NCBI GenBank assembly: GCA_951406725.2
Contig: OX597815.1
Coordinates: 66,712,001 to 66,776,000, forward strand
Source: Octopus vulgaris
Lineage: Eukaryota
Direction of reading: 5' to 3'
Length of the DNA stretch: 64,000 nucleotides
Of the stretch, positions 39,238 through 53,568 are shown piece after piece. The translations under genes and the position numbers were made by a program. The notes beneath the pieces are model-generated. The model searched no databases and had not been told where the DNA came from. It worked only from the letters and a program-made list of their open reading frames with translations. The number at the start of each line of letters is the position of its first letter. Position 1 is the stretch's first letter.

Positions 39238-39846
39238 TCCAAATTGAGGGAATGGAGCAGCTAAAATCCAGGCTATATATGTTTCCAACTTAGCAGATCC
39301 TCTGATGTAATAATTACTCGACCAGGGGTACTCAGCTGGCTACTCATGTGACTGAAGATGCCTTAATTATATGAAGATTATATTGTCGTTAAGGAATCCC
39401 GGGTGAATTAGCTGTTAGAAACCTCTATATTGGGTGTTTTATTTTTTAGCTCCAATAACAAGACTTTACTCAGATTGATATCAGTCACTTTTGTTTTCTT
39501 GATGGGTTTCGCATTATTTTCAAAAATATTTGCTCGCACAGATGCCATTTTTTTCTCTTTCATTTCATTTGAATGAGTAAAATAATGAAGATGGAAAGAT
39601 TTTTATTCGAATAGGAAAACCTTCAATAACCTTTATATTGATGCAGGTATGGGTGTGTGGTTAAGAAGATTCTTTTGCAACCACGAGGTTTCAAGTTCCG
39701 TTCAACTGCGTGGCACTTTGGACAAGTGTCTTCTACTTAGCTCCAGGCAGGTCAAAGCTTTGTGAGTGAATCTGATAGATGGGAATTGTGTTGAAACCCA
39801 TTGTGTGTGTGTGTGTGTGTGAAGGAGAGAGAGATCCATCGTGTGC

Positions 39847-39900
<54 letters not shown>

Positions 39901-40353
39901 GCTTGTTCCCACAAACACGCATACCGTGGCGTTTTTCACGTCCCTATAACTTAGCGGTTCAATTCAGATAGCAATAGAATAAGTATCACGCATAAAAAAT
40001 AAATACTGGGGTCGATTCGTTCGATTAAACTCTTGAAGGCGGTGCCCCAGCATGGCCGCAGTCCAATGACAAACAATTAAAAGATAAGAGATAACCATTT
40101 CCACAACAAACGGAGGAGCAGACAGCTTAAAGTAATTTACACGTTAGCGAAAACGAACTGAGCAAAATGGACATTTTTAATTCTTAAGTCTTGGACCATA
40201 ATCACAAAAAATGCCAGTGAACTTGTAATTTGCTTTCTTCCGGAAGTGAGAGAATACGTGTAATTTCCTTTTTGAAACTGGTATTTCCAAGATTGCAGCT
40301 TCCCCACCTCGATTCTACAAAATGACCGTGCTCTTCATTCATCATCATCGTCA

Positions 40354-40400
<47 letters not shown>

Positions 40401-40702
40401 ATCATCGTCGTCGTCGTCGTCGTCATCATCATCATCATCATTGTCATCAACATCTGGACATTACTATCTCAAGTTCTAGGATTCATCGAGTCAGATACCC
40501 GGTTTCCCTGATGTATAAGTGATCAAGATCACAATATTCCCCCTGAACGAGACGCCTGTCCGGTGTAGGGTTATTCATTTACAGTTGAATGAACTGGACC
40601 AACTTGAAATGAAGTATTTTGCTCATGAACACAACATACCGCCCTGTCTGAGAATCAAACCACGATCCTATGACAGTAAGTGCAGCATCCTAACCATTGG
40701 GC

Positions 40703-42195
40703 GGTCTTTTCATGCCAATTTCCATTTCTCCAACAGATTTCTTAAACTCGGTTGTTAATGCTCTTACTTGGATGAAAGTTACTTTCTTTATTGTCTACAT
40801 TTGTGCAATCTCATTTTTTTAGTGGTTTGTACTCCTCGATCTTTTCCAGTTCTTTATCATCCACTCGTACATCACCAGCTATGGCAATATCTCTGATCTA
40901 GGTTTCCTTCATCATTTTATCAACTACAACAATGTCTAGTCTCCGAGGATCAATCACTGAATCACACTGGATGGTAAAATCCCACAAGGTTTTATATTCA
41001 TTATTCTCGGTAGTAAGTTCTGGCTTATGCTCGTATCATTTCAATGTCCTTTCAAAACCATACTTCTAACAATCTCCAATGAGCATACTTAGCTACATTA
41101 TTTTGCCTCCCCTTGTATTCCTTTGCAGTCAATTTGCTACACTGACTCACAATATGTAAGACTATTTCAGTTCTGATGCCACACATCCTTCAAAAGGATG
41201 ATTCTCAGAGCTTGTTCCTGAACGCTGCATATCAATGCCTCAGTGCATCCTTTCATATCACTTTTCCTCAGCCACCTTCAAGTATTTATTTTGTCCATCC
41301 CTTCCATTTCTCTGAGGTATTGCATATGCACCGCTTTCCTTTTCCACTTGCTCAATCTTTGCTCTCCATCTTGTTTCTTAAATTCTTTTATGTGTGTTAC
41401 ATTTTCACTCGGTATCGTGTTTCTATAACTAAAGGTTCAATCTGCTGTTTAGCTTACTATCCTTGACTGTTTTCCTCATTGATAACATACATCGTGCATC
41501 CTATGAACCCGATTTCTCCCTTATTTTTAGACACATACAATCTATCGACATCGCTTTTAGGGTGCAGTTCCTTGTTCATTGTCATCACTTTCCTGAACTT
41601 TCTATTTCCTCAAGCTCGTTCTTCGTTCATCTAATTACATCTGCGCCGTATCACATTAAAGAGACACCCAATGCATTCACTGCCCTGATCTTGTTCTTTC
41701 CATCGAGTTTACTCTTCATAATTAACTTGGTTCTTCTGAGGTATTCTTACCTAAAGCTTTCCTTCATTTCACTCTTCTTGATTTTTTTCTTACTCCAAAA
41801 TATCGAGATACTTGTATCCATCCACCTCAGCATCCTTAATTTTCTCACTAATGGGCAGTTCTACACCATCAGATGGCATTACTTCCTTTTTTTTTATGAT
41901 AATTACACCACGCTTATTAATCCCAAATCCCATCCCTATATCCTTGCCGAATATCTGCACTGTTGAAATCAAACTATTTATTTCACGCTCACTCTTTCCG
42001 AAGACCTTTAAGTCAATCATATACAAGTGATTCAACTTTTCTCCCCTTTTTCACGGTGTACCCAGATGTCACTTTCTATATTATCTGTGTAAGGAGTATC
42101 ATACACATCACAAACAACAATGATGACAAACTATCTCCCTGGAATATGCCTCACCTGATGTTAACCATCGCCAAATATTTTCTACATGTTAACTG
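40703..42195 (-). mobile_element. Decayed R4/Dong-type element (RT C-half, zinc knuckle, RLE)
   Basis: GIFQGDSLS, NHLYMIDLKVFGK, IGMGFGINK, GYKYLDILE, LWDFTIQCD; many stops. Confidence 0.8.
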
Positions 42196-42203
42196 ATAAC
42201 AAC

Positions 42204-42247
<44 letters not shown>

Positions 42248-42946
42248 TACATTCATTCGGTTGTAACTAATTCGAAGCATGTTGAAAAATCTACCTTCAA
42301 TTTTATTATTCCAACGGTCAAGTTTATTTTGAAGGTCTGTTGACCGTCCCAGTAATAAAAACACACGCGCGCGCGCACCCCCCCCCCCCCCCCCACACAC
42401 ACACTAACAGTCGTGTGTGCAAGTAAATGCATGTATGACTGTCTACACACGCACCCGCATGGCCACAGAACACATACAGACACATAACCTACTCAAATAC
42501 AAACACAGACACAGCCTAAGTTATTATTTAGGTTCACTAAAGAGCTGTGAAACGTGCTTAAACAGTTCAAGAAGTGACTAGTTACAGTTGAATGTCAAAA
42601 CATTTTGCAACAGGAATCAGTCGCAAAAACAACTTGCGAAACAACAACAACAACATTAACGACAATAATGACGACGTCGATTTTCCAGAAGGAAAAAGGA
42701 GGGAAGTTATACAGCGTGTTAAGAAATTAATGGATACTACCAGAATTATTCCGAGATAACAGCCCCTTTATTATTAGTAGGGGTGACATGTTGACAAAGC
42801 CTTCTATTAAAAGTAATCCCCAGCCTCTGGGGGTTACCGGAAATACTCACAACTTCGTAAAGTTCATTGATTCAATAAACTATCACTCTCACGGGACTGA
42901 GATGTGTTTGGCTCCTCCAACTTCCGTTTAAAACCACTGGAGAACC

Positions 42947-43000
<54 letters not shown>

Positions 43001-43207
43001 TTCTCTCTCTTTGTCTCTGTCTCCTTCTCTGTTTCTCATCTTGTCTCTATTTCTTTGTCTCTATATCTCAATCTGCCTATCTCTTTCTCTCTCTCCATTT
43101 ACCCGTCTCTAATCTCTACTTGACACACTCTTTTGCTTCCCCCTCTCTCTTTCATTCTCCTTACCACATTCTTACACCACCTCTCTGTCTGACTGTATGT
43201 CTGTCTA

Positions 43208-43246
<39 letters not shown>

Positions 43247-44625
43247 TTCTGTCTCTCTTCGTGCCACATCAATTCTTCCTTCTCTCTCCTTTCCATCCCA
43301 CTATCTATTTTTCTATCTTTCTCTTTCTGTCCCTTCTACTCATATCTCTCTTTCTCTCCTTCTCTCTATCTTTCCTTCTCTCTCTTTCCTTATATAGGAC
43401 GCTCGTCGACTTCGAGACAACTCTTCCAGTAGCGACTGATATTTTCTGACGTGGCAACATATATATAATATTTCTGCAATACTTGTCTAAGTCGATAGAA
43501 TGATAGGTCTACAGAGCTGATCTGTGTCTCGGGCTAAAGATACGAAACATTGATGACTCATTAGGGTGTTGGCAGCACTTCGCCGGAAAGTTTGTCTTCG
43601 TGTGATGACCACGGAGCCATTCAGCTTGATTACCACTACATCCCGTTTTCCTTGACCACGGAGCCATTCAGTTTGATTGCAATTTTCCTTAGTTCGTCTG
43701 CAACAGGTCAAAGGTCTTCGTAACACATCTTCTGTAATGTCAGAACGTTTATCAGCTGTTAATATTTCACCAATGAGGGTGTATGAGGCCGAAACATGCC
43801 TGTAGTTGTCACATCACCTCGTAACAAAGATCGCCCCCCCCTAAACTTCCTAAATATCTACATTTATTTCATGAAATCAATTCTTAGTTTCATGAAATAA
43901 TTTCCTCTTTTCTTTGAGAGCTGCTAACAATTACTGTTAGGTTTTGTTTTGTTTTTCTGTCTCCGACGAAGAGGGAATAGTATAGAATAGACATCGACAA
44001 AAAAATAGTGTTGTTGTAACACTGCATATTGAAAGCTGACGATAATAACTTATTTTTTTAATATTTATTGTTGTCATTTTAGTATCAGAAGGCCGTTACA
44101 ATGATTGGGAGAAAAGTTCACTCAATTGAACATAAGCACGAACATTTTAAAATATTTCTAAAGGCATCATCTCTGTTGTGTAATATTTCTATAATATATA
44201 TGAGATAGGAAAAGGACACGTGAACTGCGTTTGCTGTCTTGTATATGGTATATGCAAGAGAGGGATGGAAGGACTACAAATAGCGAGAGGAAAGCAAAAG
44301 AATAAATGTCTTTTAACGGTCTAACAGCGAAATAAGACCTCTTACGAATTTAAGACTATTTCTGGTGACTTTCGAAATATTTTACCTGTTTCAGTCATTA
44401 GATCGCGGCCATACTGGGGCACCACCTTGAGGAATTTTTAATCGAATGGATCGACTCAAGTCCTTTTTCTTTTTTTCGAGCCTGGTATTCATTCCGTTGG
44501 TCTCTTTTGCTGACACTGTAGGATCGATTCCAAGGAGTGTACCGCTACAGAAAAAATATTTATTTTAATTGAGTATCTTTGTACACATCATTCGGTATAT
44601 ATGCTTGCAATTTATATATATATGA

Positions 44626-45007
44626 CTAGCAGTATCGCCCGGCGTTGCTCAGGTTTGTAAGGGAAATAACTATAAAGCATTTTTAGAGAGTTATAGCCAA
44701 AAAATAGCAAAAAAATGGAAAAAAAATGATGGTAAATTTTTTTGAGAGTTAAAAAAGGTGGAGTTGCGTCCCCTAGACGGTCTGTGGTTTGGGTTTCTGA
44801 TTCTCGACCCCATGTCGAATTTATCGATTTTTTCAGAACTGGGGGAACTTTTCAAAATTTTCGCTGCGTTAGTTTTGAATTATGACATTGGGCTATGTGT
44901 GTGTCAAGTTTCATCAGAATCGGTTGAAAGCCGTGGTCAGAGTGAGGGTACGAGAAAACAGACACACAGAAAACGCACAGACAAACTGCCGTTTATATAG
45001 AGAGAGA
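44626..45007 (-). mobile_element. Non-autonomous Helitron
   Basis: Reverse complement of 8178-8562. Confidence 0.8.
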
Positions 45008-45023
45008 TTAAATAAACAATTCT

Positions 45024-45296
45024 AATAAAAGAATAAAACGGACAACATGAGAACGTGTATAAGAAAGGAGAGAGTTTGACGTTTCGAGCATAGCTCGTCG
45101 TCGGAAAGGAGAAAGAGAAAAAGCAATGCAACTACACACGTGTCGTTGGCGATTTCTTTTCCTTCTTTGGACTTTTCCCTTTCTCCTTCATGACGAAGAG
45201 CTATGCTCGAAACGTTAAGTTCTCTCTTTTCACCGAGCGTCAAGCTAATATATTTCTTATGCACGTTCTCATGTTGTCCGTTTTCATTCGTTTATT
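45024..45296. repeat. Short inverted repeat with a hammerhead motif in each arm
   Basis: Minus: CCGACGA-cgagc-tat-gctc-GAAA-cg-TC (~45075-45108). Plus: ATGACGA-agagc-tat-gctc-GAAA-cg-TT (~45185-45220). Outer arms ggacaacatgagaacgtg / cacgttctcatgttgtcc. Confidence 0.75.
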
Positions 45297-45463
45297 TGAA
45301 TTGGCTGTTCCCTGCATGCTCACACTGACCGTCCACGTACTTCCAACTGATGTGGAATACCTGATTCATGGACTTCTTACTCAACCCTTAGATTACGTTA
45401 CCTTTAAATTCCTTCGGAGTACGTCGTTTCGGCACCTTTGATTTTACACACACATTGTTTGTT

Positions 45464-45519
<56 letters not shown>

Positions 45520-46395
45520 TGAGTGTGTGTTCGTATGAATGCATGCACATATATATTGTGTGGAGGCGCAACGGTCCAGTGGTTAGGGCAGCGGACTCGC
45601 GGTTTCGATTCCCAGACCGGGCGTTATAAGTATTTATTGAGCGAAAACACCTAAAGCTCCACGTGGCTCCGGCTTATTTTGTGATTTAGGGGGGGGGGTT
45701 GAAATACAAGGGAAGTGTTCAGTGAACTTCGGCGAGATTTGAACTCAGACGCAGAGAGTCGGTACAAATACTGCGAGATATTCTGCCCGATTCTTTAACA
45801 ACTCCTCTAAGTCGCCTTTAGTTGAATATTTCTTAGTAATCTTAGGCAGTGAGCTGGCAGAATCATTAAGCACATCTGGCTAAATGCTTAGCGGCATTCT
45901 GTCAGTCTTTATGTTCTGAGTTCAGATTCCAACTTTGTCTTTCCTTCTTTCGGAATCGATAAAATAAGTACCAATTGAGCACTGATCAACTAGCCTCCTT
46001 CCCCTTGGGGGAGGAGGCTAGTAATATACCAGTGCAACTTGTGATAGTACTGTTCCAAAATTTGAAACCAATATTCCTTAGTAATCTTACCATTTTTCTC
46101 CGCAGCTTAAAGATGGATTTTTTACTTTATAGTGTAAACAAACAAAACACTCATTAATTCTACAGTTTTCCCCTGTAGCCATTGTTGAGTTGTTTGGATA
46201 GGCTGTCACTGAAAGTGTCAAAGGAAAGTCAGTCTGGTGGAGTCTAGCCATACTCCCGAATTAATGATACCACGACGTTCTGTCTGCATAAGTACGGGAT
46301 TTAGAGCGTGTGCTTGCGTCCCCTGCACCCCATGTTCCCGAGCCTATATCTGTCTATGATCAAGACACCTTCCAGCAAGGGTGGTAACGTCTACA

Positions 46396-46437
46396 GATCC
46401 CTGAAGAGGTCTAATAAGAACGAAACATGTCGGGAAC
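46396..46437 (+). ncRNA. Minimal hammerhead ribozyme motif
   Basis: tcc-CTGAAGA-ggtct-aata-agaac-GAAA-catg-TC-ggg. Palindromic stem III acatgt; one mismatch in stem II. Confidence 0.6.
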
Positions 46438-46974
46438 TGTGATCCTTTACTTGCTAGAATAGTTGAAATGATGTTAGTTATTAATATTTACCTTTTCTTC
46501 ACCACATAATCATTTTAATTAGTATTTGTATGCTTACTGTATTGTGTATGTTGTCATTAATTTCGCTCAGTACTGTTGAGGGATGATGGTGTAATATACA
46601 AGTACAACTTGTGATGATAGTACTGCGTATATCGGTGACTATTTCGTGTTTTTTTTTTCGAAATTTCATTTTATTTTAATCTTTTAGTGAGGAGGATAGG
46701 CAGTGCCTATGTCCCTTTACAGAAAGTGACCAATATTGACCCCCATTGGATGGGGTGGCCCTAAGTGGCTATCCAAGGGGTCGATAGACACTTGAAACGA
46801 TGTTGAGCATTAACAGTGCTGAATTATTTACTGAGTGGGTAATTTTAGGTTAAAACTCATTAATTTCCAATCAAATATCGATGCAAAAACTACTATTCAC
46901 AGAATACTTATTTCACATTAAATCATCCGACTATATTAATATAATAAAAGGACTCAATTTTTATTGTTACCTCC

Positions 46975-47159
46975 TACTTGTTTCAGTCATTAGACTGCAG
47001 CCATCCTGGGCACCACCTTGAGGAATTTTTATCGAATGAATCGACCCCAGTACTTACTCTCTTTTTTCTAAGCCTCGTACTTATTCTATCGAATTTTTTT
47101 GCTGAACCGCTAAGTTACAGGGACATAAACACACCAGCACCGGTTGTCAAGCGATGGTA

Positions 47160-47193
<34 letters not shown>

Positions 47194-47362
47194 GCGCGAC
47201 GAGCTTCTTTCAGTTTCCACCTATCAAATCCACTCACATGGCTCTGGTCGGCCCGAGGCTATAGTAGAAGATACTTGCTCAAGGTGCCATACATTGGAAT
47301 AATTGAACCCGGAACCATATGGTTGGGAAGCAAACTTCCTATTACGCAACCACGCCTGCGCC
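46975..47362 (-). mobile_element. SINE family B
   Basis: Reverse complement of family B. A further copy at ~49060-49436. Confidence 0.85.
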
Positions 47363-48110
47363 TAATGATGCATTTTCGTAAAATTTCTCTCGACATTTCT
47401 TATTTAAAAGAAGTAATGACACAAAAGAATGAATGACTTTATGTTTGTAGAAACAAGAAATTTTTATGATTATACTTTTTAATTTTATTTTAGAAATGTC
47501 CATGATGATAGAGTGGATAAGTTATCAACGATTCTATGAAGGGGTCAATGACAGGAAGGGCTTACCCATCTCTCGTTTACAGGGCCTTCGAGATGGTGGG
47601 TTAGAGGAGGGTATTCTTAAACTTGAAACAATGTCAGGTCTGAAAAGATAAAAAACAAAGTTGACCTTGGTAGGATTTGAACTCAGAACGCAGATTATCA
47701 GAATAAATACTGCGAAGTATTCTATCCAACTGTCTAATGTCTCTGCCAAGAATTGAAGTTGGGTTGTCGTCTGCCAGCTGGAAACACAACCTGTAATATA
47801 TATAGAACGGCATTTTGTCTTATAGTATATTTATATTTCATGCTCTGAACTCAATGAAAACTCAAGATAAACGTCGTCAAATGGGCATTTATGGGAAATC
47901 TTTCATCAAAAGCCTATGACGTCATGAATGAGTGTGTGATATTGCCTTTCAACTACTTACTCATCGGATTTGAGCACTCAAACACACACTTGCAGACATA
48001 CTCACTCTGACTAACGTCATGTACTAATGCTGAAACATTGCTTATTGTTGTAATTTAAAATAGAGACAGAATTATCAGAACAATATCACAGGCAGTACGG
48101 CACCGAACTA

Positions 48111-48622
48111 CTGTAAATCCTCGAGTATAATCCGCATTTTCCCCCCAAAATTTAAAGGTCAAAATCCCTAGTGCGTACTATATACGAGGTTAAAAATGAA
48201 AATTATTTTCTAAGCAATGTCCGAGTCTCTGTTTGCTGTCCGGCAATGTTTATTTATACGCATTTTGTGATGTCGGGCGCGAAAATACCTCAAGCTAAGC
48301 CTGAAAGCAATGAAGTCATAAAAGAATCATCCATAACTTGCAATAAGCAACATTTATTAAACGTTATTACTGTTATTTCTTTATTTTCTGCAAATAAAAT
48401 GCACAAAAAAGCTACGCGTTTGCATTATGTTATATATACAATAATAATAAAGGACGTTACCGTATACATTTTTACAAACCAAAAGCATTATATAGACCTC
48501 CTTGACTCAAGTTAGAGAAGGGTTGCGTATTATACACAAGGTTTATGTTTTTCAGAGGTACAGTCCCCTAAAAATTCCCTGCGTATTATACTCCAGGGTG
48601 GACTATACTCGAGGATTTACGG
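48111..48622. mobile_element. Complete pogo/Tigger-like MITE
   Basis: TIR c(t/c)gtaaatcctcgagtata / tatactcgaggatttacgg with TA on both sides. Confidence 0.85.
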
Positions 48623-49436
48623 TAAATGATTTACATTTAATTTTGACATTCTTGTATTTCGATTCAAATCTTACTAAACTCGACTTTAATATAATTCCTC
48701 AATAAATTCAATACCACTGGCGTAAATTCAACTCAAACTTAGCATCATTTCTTCATATCTTTCCAATTATTCGTGTTGTAGATATTTTTGATATGGATGA
48801 ATTTTATTTCTTAGGTTTATAAATTGTTTTGCAAGATTCCTGATGTGAAATCGTGTTTTGAAACAGAAATACAATAGGAATTTTATTCGGTTTATGTTGC
48901 AAGGGAAGCAACTCAATTTTGAATAACTTCCCTTGAAAAAAAAAAGCATCAATCGATTCGTGAAATCGTTGGAACATCGAGAAAAAATCCACGCAGCATC
49001 TTGTTCTGACTCTTTAGTTTTTAAGATTAAATCCCGCTAAGGCAGTTTCATTTTATCTACTACTTGCTTCAGTCTTTTGGCTGCAGCTATGCTGGTGCAC
49101 TGCTTTGAAGAATTTTAATCGAACAAATCGACCCCAGTATTTATTTTTTTAAAGCCTGGTACTTATTCTATCGAACTCTTCTTGCCGAACCGCTATAAAT
49201 ACACTAACACCGGTGGTTAAACAGTGGTCGGGGACAAACACAAGCAAAAAATACGCACACACACATACGTACCACGCGCGCGACAGACTTTTTCCAGTTT
49301 TTGTCTACCAAATTCATTCACAAGGCTTCGGTCAAGTCGAAGCTATAGTAGAAGACACTTGCCCAAGATTCCATGCGATGGGACTGAACCTGGAACCATG
49401 GGATTGAAAAGCAAACTTCTTACTGCACAACCACAC

Positions 49437-49472
<36 letters not shown>

Positions 49473-49531
49473 TGTATATATGTGTACGTTTGCTGTAAAA
49501 AATCGTTTATATATATGTGTGTGTGTGTGTG

Positions 49532-50024
49532 TATTAGAAAGAATGAGATAACAAAGCGAAGGCTGTGAGAAGTTTTCAGGACATTTATAATGAAATAGTC
49601 TTACAGCTGTTTCAGGGATATTATGGACATCCCTTCATCAGAGAAGTCGTGAGAGAATATTTGAGTTCGAATTACTATGGAAAATGAGGAGATAGGGAAT
49701 ATAGAGGGAAATAAGAGAATGAAAGTAGATATAAATTATATAAAGATATTGCAGTTCCATTGTTCGAGGAAAATCCTAATTCTACACACCATTTTACTCA
49801 AACAATGGAACTGAAACTACAATATCTTCATATATCTTATTTCTACTTTCATTCTCTTATTTTCCTCTATATTCCCTATCTCCTCATTTTCCATAATAAT
49901 GTGAACTCAAATATTTTCTCACACCATCTCTGATGAAGGGATATCCCAGCTGTAAGACAATTTCATTATAAATGTCCTGAAAACTCCTCACAGCCTTGGC
50001 TTTGTTATCTCATTCACTCTAATA
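49532..50024. repeat. ~240-bp-arm inverted repeat (head-to-head PLE-type ends) in TA/TG microsatellite
   Basis: Arms 49532-49774 and 49791-50024, 16-nt spacer, moderately diverged. Confidence 0.85.
49597..49645 (-). ncRNA. Canonical minimal type I hammerhead ribozyme motif
   Basis: tct-CTGATGA-agggat..atccct-GAAA-cagctg-TA-aga. The mirror copy (~49927-49959) has lost GAAA by deletion. Confidence 0.75.
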
Positions 50025-50185
50025 TATATATGCTTGCTTAATACAAGATCCACATTAAACTCCTCACTCATATCATTATTGAACCAAGAGTTTAACTACG
50101 ATCTGTCCATAGCACTTACTTATCATTACCTGCCACTCTTTGGGTCTTTTAGATATCAATACATCTCATACCCTCTCTCTCTATA

Positions 50186-50218
<33 letters not shown>

Positions 50219-50790
50219 GCGTTTACTATAAAAAATCGTTTATGTATATATAATGATTTCCTTGACTAGTATTTGCCTGTTTTCAACTCTTCTCACCAAG
50301 TGGCATATAGAATTCTGGCCTATCCATTGTTTTTAAGTCAATCAGCCCTACTGTTGCCATATATGAAAATTGTCAGTTTTCATGGTAAATTTTTTAATAT
50401 AACAGGACTGTTACCCATCATAGGAAGGCTAACTTGGGAAGTATTTTTTTGCCATCCAGGGTAATATCAGGGGATATGATATACATGCAATAGTTATAAT
50501 TTAACTTTTATCAAATTTCTTGGTGCTTATACAAAATGATGAAATGAATACTAATTTTCAAAAGAAAAATATTTGTTAACTCAAAATAAAATTAGATGAA
50601 ATATAACAAATTACTCATTTGTATGTTTTCAATAAATATATGTGATTTTTCTACATTTTATCAATATAATCATAACCTCCTCCATCAAAAGCCTATCTCT
50701 GCAAAATTTCATCCAAAATGTGTATTTTTCAGAATGATATAAATCACTCATTCTGCACCACTTATGTTAATTCTTTCTTTATCACACTTT

Positions 50791-50843
<53 letters not shown>

Positions 50844-50894
50844 CAGTATAAAAAGTGACTGGAGATATCAACCAACCAACCAGCATTTATACTG

Positions 50895-51104
50895 ATTTCA
50901 AATTTTGGCACAAGGCCAGCAATTTTGGGTTAGAGGATAAGTTGATTACATCAACTCCAGGGCTCAATTGGTGCTTATTTTATTGATCCTAAAAGGATCA
51001 AAGGAAAAGTCATCCTTGGCAGAATGTGAACTCAGAACGTGAAGACATGAAATACTGCTAAGCATTTTGCCTTGAGTGCTAACATTTCTGCCAGCTCACT
51101 GCCT
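50895..51104 (-). mobile_element. SINE family A, CpG-decayed
   Basis: Matches family A with CG>TG/CA changes. Similar copies at ~52505, 55257, 56871, 58390, 59799 and 62120. Confidence 0.8.
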
Positions 51105-51360
51105 TTGACCAACATTTATATTGGTTATTATTATTATATAGAGATTAGTGTATCATTATGGTGTACTTAATTACTGGAATTTCCATTTTTGATGGCATAC
51201 AATTTTTCAAAAAATTATGTCTCAAAAGGTCACCCTAGTTTCTATATACAAAACTGGGCTTCCCATAAGCTTTTATGCACTACAAACTTTTTCCTGATTT
51301 TACACTGCTGACATCTGGATGCATCTGATATGGCTGTGCATTTTTTATGCCATCAAATAT

Positions 51361-51663
51361 TGTTTGTTCCTTCTAGAGCCATGCCTTGCTCATAAGGGCC
51401 GGTTTCCCAGTTTCCTTGGCGTGTAGGTTCCCCACTTGGATGGGACACCGGTCCGTCGCAGGTGAGCTGCAAGATGCAGGAGGAAAGAGTGAGAGAAAGT
51501 TGTGGCAAAAGAGTCAGCAGAAGTTCGCCATTACCTTCTGCCAGAGCCGCGTGGAGCTTAGGTGTTTCACTCATAAACACACAAATCGCCTGGTCTGAGA
51601 TCCAAACCCACAACCCCTCGACCGTGAGTCCGCTGCTCTAACCTCTAGGCCATGTGCCTCCAC
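51361..51663 (-). mobile_element. tRNA-derived SINE family C with TSD
   Basis: Minus head gtggaggcacatggcctagaggttagagcagcggactc. TSD tgccatcaaa at 51348-51357 and 51664-51673. Related heads at ~45560-45672 (+), ~40480-40700 (-) and ~52930-53170 (-). Confidence 0.8.
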
Positions 51664-51856
51664 TGCCATCAAACATATGTTTATTAAATTATTATTCAAA
51701 ATTCATGGTTACAAAGGATAACAGAAATTACTGGATTAAATAATTTGTGGAGTTAAAAAATATTTAATGTAATGAATTAAGGAATTATAATTAATTGAAA
51801 TCACACCCATAATGAAGAAAGAAGTCATTAGCTTAATAAGTATGTCCATAAATTAA

Positions 51857-52076
51857 CCCCTAAGTATTCAGACCAGCCATATCAGGCCCAAATATTCTAT
51901 CTGTTTTATGTTCAATCTATGCAGATGAGACCTCTCACACCTGCCCTGCAATGTCATTCTAAAAATAAACATTCACATTATTGAAATCTCAAAGCTACAA
52001 GATAATGGACGGTAAATTTAAAACAATGTGTATAAATAAGCATTACATTTGTCAGAGTAATCTGGATGCTAAAAGG
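51857..52076. mobile_element. piggyBac-type MITE
   Basis: TTAA on both sides; imperfect TIR cccctaagtattcaga / tctggatgctaaaagg. Confidence 0.65.
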
Positions 52077-53484
52077 TTAAAATTCAATCAATTATAAATA
52101 CAAGGTTGGTATTAGGAGCAAAAGGATAAAAATTATTATTTTTTTAAATAGTTCTTGAATCCCTCTTTCAGAGACATTTTTTTCACACCCAGAAGTGTTT
52201 AAACATGGAATAAACTACCCACATCAGTTGTTAGCTATCAGGACACTGCATGCTTCAAAAATTCAATGCTCCATGAAATTCACCAACACTACTCTTGACT
52301 TGTCTATGCACTCTTCTCTATTTATGATTCTTTTAATTGTTCATGTTTCTGTCTTTTTATGTTTTATTCTGTGTACAGTGCATGCACTTTGGGTTATCAT
52401 TGCATATCTTTTTTTACTTGATTTTTTGTCCCCTCTTTTACCCTTTTCTGATGAGTTGTAGTGCACCTGGGTAATGTATACTTAATATTATTAACCTTCA
52501 ACATAAGACGGCAAGTTGGCAGAATCATTAGCATGCTGGGCAAAATGCTAAGCAGCATTTTGTCTGTCCTTATGTTCCACTGAAGTCAACTTTGCCATTC
52601 ACCCTGAAAGAGATGATAAAATAAGTACTAGTTGTGTACTGGGAGGTCGATGCAATTGACTTACTTACTTTCCCCAAAATTGCTAGTTTGTGCCATTACT
52701 CCATTACTATGAGCCCCCATCAGCTCTCTTAATTACTGCTTCACAATTCCACTATTACTGCCACTCTACCTTTCTACAAGATACTCTTAATTAATGTGAT
52801 ATATCTTTAATTATATTTTGTTGTATCCTGGGAGAGTCATTTTGCCAATAATAAACACTTATACTGCTTCTTTTTCACTTCATTTTTTCTTTATTTTTTA
52901 TATTATTAGATGAAAAAAAAAGAGGATGAAGATCCTTCCTGAGTCATATAAACTCATAGGGCCAGTTTCCTGGTTTCTGTGGCGTAAATATTCCTCACCG
53001 GGACGGGACACTAGACTGTCGCAGGATTACTCATTTTTACAGCTGAGTGGACTAGAGCAATGTAAAATGAAGTATTTTACTCAAGAATACAATGTCTGGT
53101 CTGGGAATCAAAACCACAATCTTACAATCATGAGTCCATCACTCCAACCACTAAGTCATGTCCCTCCACATTTTTTTTTATTGTTATTAGGTAGTTGGTT
53201 AACCATTTAACTAAATGACTAATTGATTATTTGATTGAAATGAAAAGAATTTGACAAAAGAACATGTCTACTTCAGAAAAATTAAATATGTTTAAGTCAT
53301 TATGATACTTATCTCTTTACCAATATATAGCTTTTTGAGTTAATTAAGAAAATGCTGTTATGAAATAATAGGTATAGTTCTTTAATGAATTAATAAATAT
53401 CACTAACCTCATTGCTGTGGGTTAGGGCTCCCAGATACCACCACCACCACCATCACCACCACCAGAACCACCAGAACCACCACC

Positions 53485-53518
<34 letters not shown>

Positions 53519-53537
53519 TCATCACCATCATCGTCAC

Positions 53538-53568
<31 letters not shown>

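Noticed and set aside
40322-40522. His/Arg-rich protamine-like ORF (also poly-His at 53412-53603)
   Set aside because: These are (CAT/CGT/CAC)n microsatellites.
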